This document shows positions 12,860-25,999 of a stretch of 64,000 nucleotides of DNA, piece after piece. Source of the stretch: Octopus sinensis (taxonomy: Eukaryota); the NCBI RefSeq assembly GCF_006345805.1, contig NC_042997.1, positions 160,146,001 to 160,210,000 on the forward strand, written 5' to 3'. A model generated the notes under the pieces. That model saw only the letters and a program-made list of their open reading frames with translations. It ran no database searches and had not been told where the DNA came from. Position numbers and translations under genes: made by a program. Every line of letters starts with the position of its first letter. Position 1 is the stretch's first letter.

Positions 12860-14560
12860 GATGTTGGTGGTCCTAGACGTGAATGGTAGGGAAGGCCCGA
12901 CAGGTCTGGAGAGCCAAATCTCTTCAGGCGTCTTGAAAATTTCCTGAGAACGTCTCACCTATTAGTACTAGGAGACTGGAATAGTTCTTTAGATGCACAG
13001 ATTGACTATGTCGGGCTAGTATATAGAAGAAGTGGGTGCTATGGCCTAGAAAACCTGCTCAGAAACTTTCAGTTGTCTGACAGATATCGATTAGCTTTCA
13101 ATGATGTGCCGGTGTGGTTGTGGAGCAACTACTACAGGTGTCCAGATCGTATCTAGATACAGTATTTGTTAGATCAGAGGAGAGAGATGGCGTAGGTTGT
13201 CCAAAATTTAAATTTGTGGTCTGCACAGTCGTGATCTAGTTAAGCGGCAGTCGACAACAACCAGTGGTGGATGATCCTAAAGAGGGTGATTAGAACAGAA
13301 TCGGTAGCGTTTAGCAAAGAGTTAGTAATAGAAAAGGAGAGATTACGAGGTGCACTAGTTAGAAAATTAGAAGAGGCGATTAGTAAGGGCATCGTGACCG
13401 ATGTATTAGCGGTGACAATGGTCCTTGATTATTTCTTCGAAGCGAAACACTAAGATTGCGTTGCCAGGCCTTAGGCCTGTTCGCTCAAACAAGGAGGAAC
13501 TAAAGCTGTCCGGTGGGCCCGAAAGGTGAAACGCGACGTGTAAACAAAATCGCGATCAAGTCTTTGATTGATTAGGATAGGGGCGTGCTACTGGGCGCAG
13601 AGGTGATGTGTGCAACTCTCCAGAAGCACTTAATGCAGATGTTTGTGGAGAAAATGGGTCGAAGACGATAGTGAACTTTAGTTAGTAATCGCACGGCTTA
13701 CAGCGGCTCTCACCAGCTGACATGAGTTTATGTGAAAAGCCGATAACAGCCACAGAAATTCAGGAGGTGATGAACGATTGCACACGTCACAAATCATCCA
13801 GTTTGGATGGTCTAGCTTATGAATTCTATGTATTCATACCAGATTTGTTTGTTGACCTCTTAGCAGATGTACAGCGCAACTGGCAACAGAACGAGAGTAT
13901 TCCAGGTGTTGTTAGCTGGGATGTGGTTACACTGATGATGATGAACGCCGACAGAGATGACGTACTAAGGAATTTTTGACCCATAACTCTGCTAAACACA
14001 CAGTTTAAGACTTTTGCCAAGGTGTTAGCGAAAGGATTGGCGCTTGTCGTTGGTCGCCTGGTCGGGAAACACAAACATGAACATTCTCGAACAGGTCTTA
14101 TTCACGATAACCTCAACCTTACACGATACATTATAGAGAGGGATATCACTACAGCTGGCTTCCGGGGTGCTCTGCTCAATTTGGATCAAACTAAATCAAT
14201 CAATCAAGCATTAGATAGAGTCAACCATCACTACTTGGAAGCTGTCCTGAAAGCAGTCGGGCCCATTTTCAGAAGCTGGATCGCCTCAATGCAGAGCGGC
14301 ATCTGCTCAGTGGTCAAAGTAAATAGCCACTTATCGGAACCATTTGCACGCTCGGTCTGGCAGGCTACCAGCTGTCACCTCTTCTGTACGTATTGGCTGC
14401 GGAATTTGAAACAGTTAAGGGGCATTCCATTCGAACAGGGACATGGAAGGGCAGTGTCTCCGTACACGGACGACATAATGTCATAATGTCGGACGCCTCC
14501 GAACTGGAGACGGTCGGCACCAGAAAAAAATTGAATCGGTTACAGGGAAAAAAAATCAAG
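12860..14560 (+). mobile_element. L1/Tx1-like LINE ORF2 remnant
   Basis: KPITATEIQEVM...KSSSLDGLAYEFY, PITLLNTQFKTFAKVLAK, IHDNLNLTRYII, GALLNLDQ..ALDRVNHHYLEAVL; heavily disrupted. Confidence 0.75.
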
Positions 14561-14569
14561 GCCAACAAA

Positions 14570-15530
14570 TCTGTTGCCGTGTCTCTTACTTTTGGCAGCT
14601 TTCACTTTTATCCTTTTGCTTTAATTCTTCATTGCTCTTCTATAATTTTTGTTTCAACCAGTAGTTTCTTTTGATTGCTTCTTGAAATCCAGTCTTATAC
14701 ATATTCTCATGATTAAGAATCTCTACCCATGCAAGATCTTTTTGAAACTGGTCTACCTGTCCCTGTAATCGTCTTTTCCACTTTGGTTCTCTTTCTTTCT
14801 TTTGAGGTTGTGATACCTTCACGCTAAGTTCTTCCATTACTAGCACGGCTGCAGAATATATGCTAACTTGTTGGTCATGGTGATACCACTACTTTATATC
14901 ATCTCCAAGACTTGATTAACTATCTATATCTCATTATTTTATTCTTCATTGCCTTTTTATTGAGAGTAACCTTTTTCTTTCATCTGATTGGGTAATATCA
15001 TGTAGCTTACGGCCAATAATTTGTTCAACAAAAAATTCATACTCTGGTTTCCCGTACACATAGGGGTGTCTTGTGATACGTGGTAATTGAACACCATGTC
15101 TTTGTTTTGAGTGGATTTGACATTTATCTGTCTTATATTGTCTTACGTTCTCCGTCTGGAAGACACTGCGTTTGATTTTTTCGAACTGTACTTAAGTTAA
15201 TCAGTCTTTCTTTCTAATATGTCTTACCTGGTCACTTAGTTTCTGCCAAATGATATCAAACATTTCATTTTCATGTCATATCTCTCTCCATCTGTCCGTA
15301 TAGCTAAATCTAGTAGGTTCACGTCGGATGTTACATTCCATCAGAGTGGCGTTCAAGCCTGCTTCAGTGGATCTTTCCTCGTTTCTTTCGTACTGCAGAA
15401 ACTAGATGACAACCGATCCTACCATGTCGTGCTGCAGGCCAACTGCCGAGCGAGAGATCTTCACCATTATCAATTCCAACCTCATTCACGCATTTGCATT
15501 TGATATTTTGATTTGAGGACTGTGATTATG
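14570..15530 (-). mobile_element. RLE-type LINE 5' coding remnant
   Basis: EPKWKRRLQGQVDQFQKDLAWV resembles the same N-terminal region as 3797-4200; many stops. Confidence 0.5.
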
Positions 15531-15744
15531 AGGTAACATCACCACACACTACAAGAAATGCTTTACACTGAATATGTTCTTCCGTATATTCCAGAGACAC
15601 TGTTTTGTGGTAATTGTGTACTTGTTAGCTTGAAGTTACTGTCCAATCGACTGAACTTTTGTAGGGAAAACAAGAAATGCCAAGAAATGCCTTTGAGAGG
15701 CTTCAGATAAGAGATATATGCTCCACTTCCTTGATGGTTCAGTA

Positions 15745-16620
15745 AGAAAAAATCATTCGTTCACTAAAATAACCAAATACTATCACAATACACAGAATAT
15801 CGAACAAGAGATCTGGAAGCTGGAAAATATAATAATATAAAAATTCTAAAGCCGAGAGACTGTTGGGGTCTCTGCATTCAGTTTGCTGTTACGGTTTGAA
15901 AGCTTAATTAAAGAAATATCATCATTCCAGAAGCTCGTCGGTAAACAGTAAGACAGTATCCAGCAATTTCAGTTTGCAACTTGTTTTCATTGTCTAGTCT
16001 CAGGTCTCGCTGTTCGCGTAGTCTTACAGAATGAAGATACTCGGATGAACGACGTGGCCTGATAGACCAGTCATCCTAGTTAAACTGTCTCCGTCTACTT
16101 GCACATTCTGACATGCAGTAATTAGGCGTATGGTTAGCGATATAACAATCAACATATATTCTTCATTGTGGCGGTCGTGTATATGTTTCTATGTTTGACT
16201 AGGTTCTGTTGAAGAGATAGTGTTTTAAAACATTATGGTGCTACGTTTTCTCTGGAGCTGTACATCATGGTTGATTTTGAGGTATTAACAGGATCAGAAG
16301 GAGTTGAACTTTTCAACGGTAACAAAGTATTTCTCTCACATGTTCATTATTTCGATGTGGATTGGATCTCTAGATGTAGATTGGATAGAGCAGTTTATGG
16401 TGCAGAGGTACAGCTCTGTCTCCTTGGAATGTTTAAGTGAGTTGTTGTCGGGAGGTTGGAGCTCAGAGGGAACTGCCACAACGCATGATGGATATAATGA
16501 ACGATCTGTACACTGTTGCTCTTGTTTTTTCCTGTTAGCCAACCGTGATACTTAGGAATAATCTAAGTATGTTTGCAATCCAATTTTGCTTTCTTTACCA
16601 TGTCTTCTGTGGATTCTGTG
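15745..16620 (-). repeat. Unclassified interspersed repeat, copy 1
   Basis: Colinear similarity to 26000-27160, e.g. TTCTAAAGCCGAGAGACTGTTGGGGTCTCT vs TCCTAAAGCCAGGAAATGTTGGGGTCTCT, GGTAACAAAGTATTTCTC vs GGCAACAAAGTATGTCTC, and GGAGCTCAGAG. Strand is tentative. Confidence 0.65.
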
Positions 16621-17057
16621 CATGTTGTAAAAAGGTTGTATGTAACTAGTATAAAGTGGGTTACACCCACTGGTGTGATTTGTGACTTCCGTTGTACTGT
16701 AGTTGCTGTTTAAGCTAGTAACCACAATAGTTACTAGTCATCAGATACCGTTGTATCTACTCGTACTGGAAGAGTAATAGACTAACTTCTTCTGACTTAC
16801 TATAACTGTTAACTCCACAAGACGCCGACTAGAACTGTCGACTCTCAAACTCTCATGACGCCCAGCTACTGGGCAATATATAATGACTGCTTCCTACCAC
16901 TTTTTACCGTGAAGAGTATACAGTTTCACAATACAAAGATAACCCTATTTATTATTGACTTCTGTACGTGTGTGTGTGTATGTGTCCATGTGTCTACGAG
17001 CATGTGAGTGCCTGCGAGCGCGCGAGTGTGTATGGTATTCTTCTATTCTTATATTCT

Positions 17058-17249
17058 TTAACTTGTTTCAGTCATATGACAGGGGCCATGCTGGAGCACC
17101 ACTTTTTACTCGCAGAAATCGACTTATTAAGTCTCGTACTCATTCTGTCAGTATCTTTGTCGAACCGCTAAGTTATGGTGACGTAAACATACCAATATCG
17201 GCTGTCAAGCGTTGGGGAAGGGATCAAACACAAACACAAAGACATACAC

Positions 17250-17293
<44 letters not shown>

Positions 17294-17437
17294 GATGGGC
17301 TTCTTTCAGTTTCCAAATGCCAAATATATTCACAAGGTTTTGATCAGCACGAGCCTATAGTAGACCACACTTAACCAAGGTACCAAGTGGTGGGATTGAA
17401 CTGTGGTTGGGAAACAAGCTTCTTACCACACAGCTAA
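17058..17437 (-). mobile_element. tRNA-derived SINE, same family as 11878-12831
   Basis: Reverse complement reads head TGTGTGGTAAGAAGCTTG...(TA)n core...GTGGTGCTCCAGCATGGCC...GACTGAAACAAGT. Confidence 0.85.
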
Positions 17438-17589
17438 ATATTCCTGATTAAAATCGGTTCTGCTTGTTTTTAATGTTTTCTGTTGGTGCCAAGAAGGGAG
17501 TTAGTGGGTTTGGTTGGTGGTACCTTAAGTTTTTTGTCATGGAATTGAGCCATCTGCAATTAAGGCTCCAAGATATATATTCGCTCAGT

Positions 17590-20340
17590 CGAAGTGTTCT
17601 CCAGCCAGTTCTATCCTGAGTCGCTTCTTTCAGATTGGCTATGGTCATTCCCGTGTCACTCTTGATGGTGTCAAGCCATCGGGTTCTTAGTCGGCCTCTT
17701 CCTCTCTTGCCACTGATCATTCCAAGCATGATGTCCTTCTCCAGGGATTTTCTCCGTATAATATGACCAAAATATGCCAATCTTTGCTTGGTGATGCTAG
17801 CGACAGTTTCGGCTTGATCATTGGTGAGCCTCGCTGTCCATGGAATCCGTAAAAGTCTTCTCCAACACCAAAGCCCGAATGCATTAATTCTCTTCTGGTC
17901 AGTTTTCTTTAGTGTCCGGGTCTCTCATCCATATGTTGCTATTGAGAAGACAATTGCATTCACCAATCTGCATTTGGTAGCAAGGCTGAAGTCTCTACTC
18001 TTCCAGACTTTGTTCATGCTGACCATTGCCTCTTTGCCTAGTACTATCCGCCGCCTTATTTCTGGAGTGCAGTTACCATCTCGATTTATTTTGGAGCCAA
18101 AGAAGATGAAATCATCAACCACTTCGATCTCTTTATTATCGATCTTAATGTTGATGTTTGTTGTGGAGGCTGTTGACATGATCTTCGTTTTCTTGACATT
18201 GAGGTACAGCCCAAAGTTCTTACTCTCTTTCTTGACTAGCAGGATAAAATTCTCTAGATCCTTATTATTTTCTGCCAGCAGCGTTGTATCATCTGGATAG
18301 CGAAAGTTATTATTATTTCTTCCTCCAATCTTCCAATCTTCACTCCAATGCTGCTATCCTCCAGGTCTGCATTCCTCATGACCTTTTCAGCGTACATTTT
18401 GAAGGCTGCTGGTGACAGGATGCAACCTTGCCGAGTGCCTTTTCCAATCTCAAACCAATCAGTGTCGCCATATAGTGTCCGTACTGTAGCCTCTTGGTTT
18501 CCATAGAGTGATCTAATAAGCTGGTCAAGGTGTGAAGGTGTTCCCATTTTCTCCATAACTTGTCATGATCAATGCTGTCAAAGGCTTTGGAGTAAACAAT
18601 GAAACACATGTACAGCTTCTTTTGGTATTCTTGCCTTTTCCATAATGTACCGTAGGTTGGCGATGTGATCGCGGGTGCCTCTTCCCTTTCTGAAACCAGC
18701 TGGCACTTCTAGCAATTCTCTATATATAGTTCTGTTCAGACGCTTTTGGATGATATTAAGGAGAATTTTGCTTACATAGGGGATCAGGGTGATGGTACGG
18801 TAGTTTGCGCAGTCCTTGGTGTCTCTTTTCTTTGGTATTGGGATGACAACTGACCTCTTCCATTCCCTTGGCCAATTACATGTTCTCCATATTCGTTGGC
18901 AAAGCGATGTTAGTGTTTTTGTTGGTATTGGCTTGAGTAGTTCTCGTGGTATGCCATCAGTACCCGGGGCGTTTCGGTTGGCCAGCTGTTTCATTGTCCA
19001 TACCACCTCATCCTCCAGGATGTCTGGCTCCAGGTCCAGTGGCTTCTCTTCTGCCTGCTCATCACGGTTGTTCCCTGCCTGCTCATCACGTATAACTGTT
19101 CAGTGTATTCTTTCCATCTTTTTCTGATCCCTTCTAGGCCATGCGGTTCTTCACCATTTCTCCCACGGATGATTGCTTGTCTGACCATGAATGCTGTACG
19201 GGTCTTCTTTACATGTTGGTAAAGTTCTCTCATGTTCCGTTTCCTGTATGCCTCCTCTTCCCTTGCACATTCCTCATTCCAGTATTTCTCTTTGTCCTTC
19301 CTGGCCACCTGTTGAAACATTGCATTCAGGCGCCGCACTTAATCCCTGCTTCTGGTCACCTTTGCTCCCCTTCTTTCTTCTGCTATTGCATAAGTCTCCT
19401 CCGAAATCCACTTTGCTGATCGTGTGGGTTGCTTGTATAGTACATGTTTCTCTGCTGTTTCAACGACAATTTCCTTCACATTCTCCCATATATCTTCTGC
19501 TTCTTGATTCTCTTCGATGGCGAGCAGTTCGAAGCGGGTTCTGATATCAGCGACATATGATGGTAACAAATTTCTGGCAAGCGGGTGGTCACTTGATATT
19601 GCAGAATCGCAATTTGATCTTGGCAACCAGATGTCCATGGTCAGATCAACAGTCTGCCTCAAGGTACGTCTTCACAGCTTGGACTGAACTCTTCCACCGT
19701 TGCTGACATAGGATGTTGTCGATTTGATTGCGGTACTGTCCACTTGGCGACGTCCAGGTGTAAAGCCGTCTTCTTGGCTGCCGAAACCAAGTATTGGTTA
19801 GCCGCATGTTTTGTTCTTGACAAAATTGGACCAGTCGATCTCCTACTTCATTCCGTTCTCCTAATCCAAATTTGCCAACAATGTCTGCTTCTGCTTTTTC
19901 TCCATTGTTGGCATTGAAATCTCCCAGAATATACACAAAATCTGTTCGTGGTGTTTCCTCGATTGCGCCCTGAATTTCTGCATAGAATTGTTCAATCTCA
20001 TCTTCTTCGGCGTCGGCAGTTGGTGCGTAGATTTGTACAATGTGATGTTGTTGGTTTTGACTTTGATGCGAATGGTAATCACTCGATCACTGATGGTCTG
20101 GTAACCTTCAACACACTTGGATATTTTCTTGTATAGAACAAATCTCACTCCATTTTGTCTGGTCTTGCTATTGCCCGAAAAGTACATTGTATGATCACCA
20201 GAGTTGAAGAAACTATTGCCAGTCCAATGAACTTCGCTGACTCCTAGGATAGCGATGTTTAATCGATTCATTTCCTTCTTGATGGTGTCCAACTTCCCAA
20301 TGTTCATTTCCCTTACGTTCCATGTTCCAATTCTCGTGAC
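17590..20340 (-). mobile_element. RTE-clade (BovB-like) LINE, near full ORF, frameshifted
   Basis: APE: RIGTWNV, LGVSEVHW, ILGDFNA, NQIDNIL. RT: APGTDGIP, NYRTITLI, GFRKGRGTRDHI, YSKAFDSIDH, GTRQGCILSP. C-terminal YFGHIIRR, GKRGRGRLRTRWLDTIK. Confidence 0.92.
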
Positions 20341-20402
20341 TTTTGTGATAAAAGATGAGGCTTTGCTAATGCGGTGATTATAGGTTGCATCGTTCTTTAT
20401 AT

Positions 20403-20457
<55 letters not shown>

Positions 20458-20485
20458 GTGTGTGTGTGTGTGTGTGTGCGCGCGC

Positions 20486-20539
<54 letters not shown>

Positions 20540-20999
20540 AGAAGGTTGAAAAGGAACACTAGTCGGTATTTATAAAGAAAATAAATCAAGGTAGAAAATG
20601 CTAAAATAATTTTTTGATGAAGAAAATTTTGGTACATTTTAGTAATCTTGTGAAGGCTTGGTAGTAGGTAGTAGGTAGTAGGTAGTAGCAGTCCTAAAGG
20701 AATATTTTATATGAGGGATGTGAGTTCTTGGGTTTGATTGTTTAAGCAGCAATAGCCGAGGAAGGAGGCGGAGGCGGAGGAGAAGCAGAAGAAGAAAAAG
20801 AAGAAGGCGAATAAGAAGAAGAAATAAGAAAAAGAAGAAAAGGTGTAGGAAAAGAAGAGAAAGAATAAGAAAAATACGAAAGTATGACAGTAGTAGAGTG
20901 CTGGTGGAATTCTCTTAGTGACGTAAAAGTGACCTATTGTGGTTATAAAAGTAGTAACTGGAATTGTTCTGAATAAATTCATGGGTAAATTCATGAATA

Positions 21000-22200
21000 T
21001 ATTGTATTTAATATTTGTGTGGGTATTATTCTAAGGCCTTTATAGTAGTCATTTGTGGTGGACGCATTCAAAAGGGGTTTATATTTTGTTATAAAATATG
21101 AGGCTTTGCTAATGCGGCGGTGATTATAGGTTGCATCGTTCATGAATTGATAGAGGGGGAAAATTCTGAATTTGCGCTGTTTGCTAGTAGCGCTAATGTC
21201 GATGTGTTCGATGTATGCAATTTTTCTGTATTCCCGAATTTTAACCTGGGATCTATGTAGATTGTTTTCGATTTGGCCTATGTATTACTCTAGGCATCCT
21301 GAGCAATTTAATACTTATATTAGGTTTTTCGAAGCACATGTGAAGTTGTTTTTCAATGTAAAACGTTGACCCTGTTTGAGAGAGAACGTCTATCCCTCAA
21401 TTAGGTTGACGCACATACCACAGTTATATCACTCGCATTTTATTTACACTTGGCTTCAGTGCTGTTGTCGAGTGTACTTGGGTTTGTTTTAGGAGACTTT
21501 TTATTGATTAGGTTGTCTTTTGCTCTTTATGATGGTGTGCGTTTGGAGGAATAAATTCATTGTGTTCCCTTTTTAGTAGGAGAATATACTGGAGGATGGT
21601 GTCGAAAGCTTCATTGTTAAGGGGGTTGAGTGTGGTGATGTATGGTAGGACCTTTGGTTGTAAATCCTTCTTTAGTTTCGGATGTCTGAGTTCGTGAATG
21701 TTGAGTTGTAGGTCACGTTGAAAGCGTATATCAATTAGTGATGGTGGGTAGTTGCTGGTAATGAGTGTATCCTTTAGTTTATGTAGTCGTGTGTCGCTGG
21801 TGTTTGTATTAGAAACTATAGTACGGATCCTTTTTCGCTAGCTTGAAGGGGATATTCATTCTACTTTGTCTGGGGTGGCATCAGTTGAACGGTAGATATT
21901 GCTTGGATTCCGTGGGCATATAATATATACCTGTTTCTATTTTGTTGTTGGATTTCTTAATGAGGATGCCGAGGAATGGAAATTGTTGATGGCTATATTC
22001 CACCTTTAATTACATGTTTATGTCAGGTCCATATATAAGTGTTTGAAGTTCTTTAAGTCCCTCTGTACTTTCATGCCAATGAATGAAGCAGTCATCCAGA
22101 TACCTGTTCCAGTTATTTTCTATGTAGAGGGAGAATAGTTTGCCGTATTTTTCTAGTACCCTACTTCCATTTGAAAACTATGGAAATATTTTTTTAAAAA
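21000..22200 (-). mobile_element. Penelope-like element remnant (RT thumb to GIY-YIG)
   Basis: Minus-strand RYLDDCFIHW, FPFLGILI, FTCASKNLIYVLNCSGCLE..IGQ; decayed, not in the ORF track. Confidence 0.7.
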
Positions 22201-22340
22201 TATTTCATTTAATTCTTTCACAGTTTAAATGATTTTCATGCTTTACTCTCAGTTGAAAAAGTCGCAAAGACTGAAGCTGGTACTAAATTTCTTCATGACG
22301 AAATTATTTTAGTATTTTTACGTTGTCTTATTTTCCTTTA

Positions 22341-22380
<40 letters not shown>

Positions 22381-22382
<2 letters not shown>

Positions 22383-23093
22383 AAATGAGGGTGAGAAATT
22401 AGATATATATTTAATTAACATCGATTTCACACTAGTGGTCTAGCATATAAGAAAAAACTGAAGGTTCAGCAAAATTGTATTATATACATATTAGAGGGAA
22501 ACCGCTATGTGGACACCCTTATGCTAGAAATAGATCCGCTCTCGTCTTACCACTAAGAAATCTTCTCGAGAAAAATTTAACAAAACAACCAAAACGTAAT
22601 CAAGCAGGACAAAAGAAAAAGCAATAAAAATATGGATTCTTCGCACACATGTTTCACTATTTACATATTACGTAATATTACTTACATAAATGTCCGTAGA
22701 TCATCGGTGCGACCGTCCACATGAATATAATTTGCAGGACTGCTTACTAGGACGTCCGAACAAAGTCAGATTTGTAAACAGTTCTACTCATTACACTCGT
22801 GGTTACTACTTCAAATGTCCTCGTTTTGGCGCGCTAAATTATCAGAAAAATTGATGCTGCAGAAAATACTTTACTGCAGTGGACCTTGCCGGTTAAAGGG
22901 CGTATCAATTTAAATTTAATTTTAAAATGAGAGTGAGAAATTAGATATTAATTTCATTAACATCGATTTCACACCAGTGGTCAAGCATATAAAAAAAATG
23001 AAGGGTTCAGTAAAATTGTATTATATATATTTTAGAGGGAAACCACTATGTGGACACCCTTGTGCATAAGGGTGTCCACATAGTGGTTTCCCA

Positions 23094-23097
<4 letters not shown>
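22381..23097. repeat. ~540-bp tandem unit (1.3 copies), Penelope terminal-repeat-like, ending in a palindrome
   Basis: TAAAATGAGGGTGAGAAATTAGATAT...AGAGGGAAACCRCTATGTGGACACCCTT at ~22381 and again at ~22922; related to 61440-61640 and 49747. Confidence 0.75.
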
Positions 23098-23140
<43 letters not shown>

Positions 23141-23899
23141 TATTATCCATATAATTCTGGTGCCTTTAACTTAAGTACCATATTCATCTCTGACTCTAAA
23201 TTATGATGAACTTATATATTCTTTTATATGCTTTAGCATTGAGGCTGCGGCCATGCTAGGGCACCGCAATTGTGATCCCTTTTTAATTGGCCAACAACAG
23301 GAGTAGCACCACCAACAACAACGCCTACATCACCAGTACCAAAAGATGAGTGTCGTACGTCAAAGCAACAACAACATCAACAGAAAGAGCAACATAAGCA
23401 GCAAGCACGTGCACCATACCCGAGAAAAAACAAAACAACACTTGCACATCGTAACACTGAAAAGTCTCACTCACTGCAGCTGACCAAACCACTAGCCTAG
23501 AAATCCGCGACTGTGCAGACGTACCACTGCTCACTACCACAGATGTAGCCAATGCTGAAACAAGACATTGCTATAGCGTTTTCGATCAGCCCTTGAAACC
23601 TCTTTCAGGGCTCAGAGGCCATTTAAGATCACATACTGGGAAAGACGTATTGCAAGTGCATGAGGAATGCAAGCTCTGCAAGAAACAGACGGCCACTATA
23701 TGTATATCAGAGATGTCATGTGGGTAATTTGGTTGAAACCCGAAGAATGATTTAAAATTTCAAAAGTAATTGTTGAGTAGAAAGCTGTAATTTTAGTGTT
23801 TATGTATACTACAAGGATTGTTTGTTGTGATGGGTTAGAAGTAGATGAAATATTGTCATTTTGAACATTAGAAAAATATTTTGCCTTGAAGGACAGTAT

Positions 23900-25130
23900 G
23901 TCGTAAATCTTCTAAGAAGCGAATATATTTCTCTATATATTTGTAGTTTTTGTACCCACCATAAAATTTAATACATGGTGTAAAATATTGATATTAAAAG
24001 AATATCTCGTAACATCTATTACAGAGAAATCTTTGGACAAGGAGAAAAACTATGAGTAAGAATGAAATGCTGGATTAATGTTGTCGTAGAGTGTCAGGTA
24101 GTTAACGGTTTTTTCGGTTGCTAATATATTTGAAGGAATTCGGAATATTTTATGGATGCTGAGTCTAAATATAACTGCATTTTCTTAACATTGCCTCGAG
24201 CTTTTGAATTATTGGATACACTCAAAATGATTTTAATCCCATTTAACGATCAGTTGCTTAGAAGTGTTGAAGGAATGATTTTATCTTAACATCCAGACTA
24301 GATGACTTATGCATGAAGTTAAAATGATAACTTATTGATCACGAGTGGGGGAACTTCTTCCTTACATCCGCCAGGATATAGGACTTAATACAATGACATC
24401 CCTAGATTTCTTAATATAAGAATAATAGATACCAGACTTAATTGGCTTTAAACAGGCAGCTCCAGTACAAGCTTGTAAAATGCTTTGCAGCAAAATCATA
24501 ACGGTTATTCATCAACTTTAATTGCTCACCCAGTAACACTCAAAAAGGAATATAAAGATTGTCAAAATAGTCTTATATGCGGTATTTTATCATGATCAGA
24601 AATATTTTACGTGTCGACCAGTAGATATTGAAATTTTTGCATTGAAAAATATTAAAGTGTATATTTCATCTACTTATAGAATAATAGAATAAAGCAAGAT
24701 CATTGGGAAATAATGAAATAGACTTAAAGGGAAAATACAAATGTAGGTGCTCTACACATAATACAAGAGACATTGGCTGGCAGATAAAAAATATGTCTAT
24801 CACCACTCCATATGAAAATGAAACTTATGAAGGCTTTGGAAGAGAACGGTGATTGCTCCAACTATGTTGATAGACAATTAATTGCACTTTGTACTGACAA
24901 ACTTAAGAAGAAATCTTTGATATTTGATGGTCTTGAGATTTGTAAACTGATCAAAGATTTGAATTTTATGAAATTTATGAATCATGCTGTAGATGTGGCT
25001 AGGTTCACTTTTATTCTTAGTAATCAAGAAGAGTGTGAGTAACCATAAAGTAACGTTTTAGTGTTTTATCATGTAATAATGATTTCATCAATATACCAAC
25101 TTTATTTTTTCATGCTGTTCTGTAGGATTT
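23900..25130 (+). mobile_element. Chapaev-like (CMC superfamily) DNA transposase remnant
   Basis: Reading through stops gives LIAHPVTLKKEYKD, NNRIKQDHWE..K*T*RENTNVG, KICLSPLHMKMKLMKALEENGDC and IFDGLEICKLIKD. These match the recalled Chapaev motif LPPLHIKLGLMKxFVKAL...FDGPQIR; no search run. Confidence 0.6.
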
Positions 25131-25554
25131 TTTATTTCAGGAATTTCTTTGAAAAGCGATTTGAAGACTTTGTAGTTTTTATTCAATAAGGAACAAATAT
25201 TAGTTGCGTCTTTGAGCCAAGTGTAATAGTACAATCTCGGTAGTTCACATGTGTTCTATAAGCAAAGTCGCCATCAGTTAACATCTTCAAGTTTGTAGGT
25301 GCTGTTCTTCAACCAGTCTGTAATGGATAGCCACCGGTTTTATTTCTTCAAATCTTTCTACATCTCTTATCGTCATTACCATTCACCTTGTCGTGATCCC
25401 TATTACCATCACTTTATTTAGCGGAGAGAAACTATTATAATGTATTTTACAAAAGTAACATCTTTAAACTGCACCTGTTCTACCGTATGTGCCTGAGATA
25501 ATATTTTGCGATAGTTCTTTTCTATTCTAACACAAGGCCCAGAATTGTTTTGAA

Positions 25555-25868
25555 GGGAGTAACTGGTACTTAATTTATAGACCCCGAAAGGATGAAAGGC
25601 AACGACGACGTCGGCGGAATTTGAACTCAGAACGTAGACAGACGAAATACCTATTTCTTTACTACCCACAAAGGGCTAAACACAGAGGGGACAAACAAGG
25701 ACAGACAGACGGATTAAGTCGATTATATCGATCCCAGTGCGTAACTGGCACTTACTTTATCGACCCCGAAGGATGAAAGGCAAAGTCGACGTCGGCACAA
25801 TTTGAACTCAGAACGTAGACAGACGAAATACTGCAAAGCATTTCGTCCATCGTGATAACGTTTCTGCT
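25555..25868 (-). mobile_element. Second SINE family with an internal duplication of head and central domain
   Basis: Reverse complement has B-box-like GAGTTCAAATT followed by GCCTTTCATCCTT(T)CGGGGTC twice (~25560-25650 and ~25740-25830). The central domain resembles Deu/Nin-type SINE cores (recalled). Confidence 0.75.
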
Positions 25869-25999
25869 AGGAAGTGTGTAATTGTTAGTTTGAAGTTGTC
25901 CTATCGTCTGGGCTTTTGTTGGTCAAACTATAGGTTATTTACAAAAATGCGTAGGGGAATATTCCGATAATAGATGTGTGCCCCTCTTCTTTGATTCAA

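Noticed and set aside
16641-16930. TG...CA 290-bp segment as a solo LTR
   Set aside because: No matching target-site duplication (TTGTA vs ATACA), no second copy and no internal domain in the window.
25340-25415. Short minus-strand frame DGNRDHDKVNGNDDKRCRKI* as a terminal exon
   Set aside because: Weak acceptor, no domain similarity and no partner exon.
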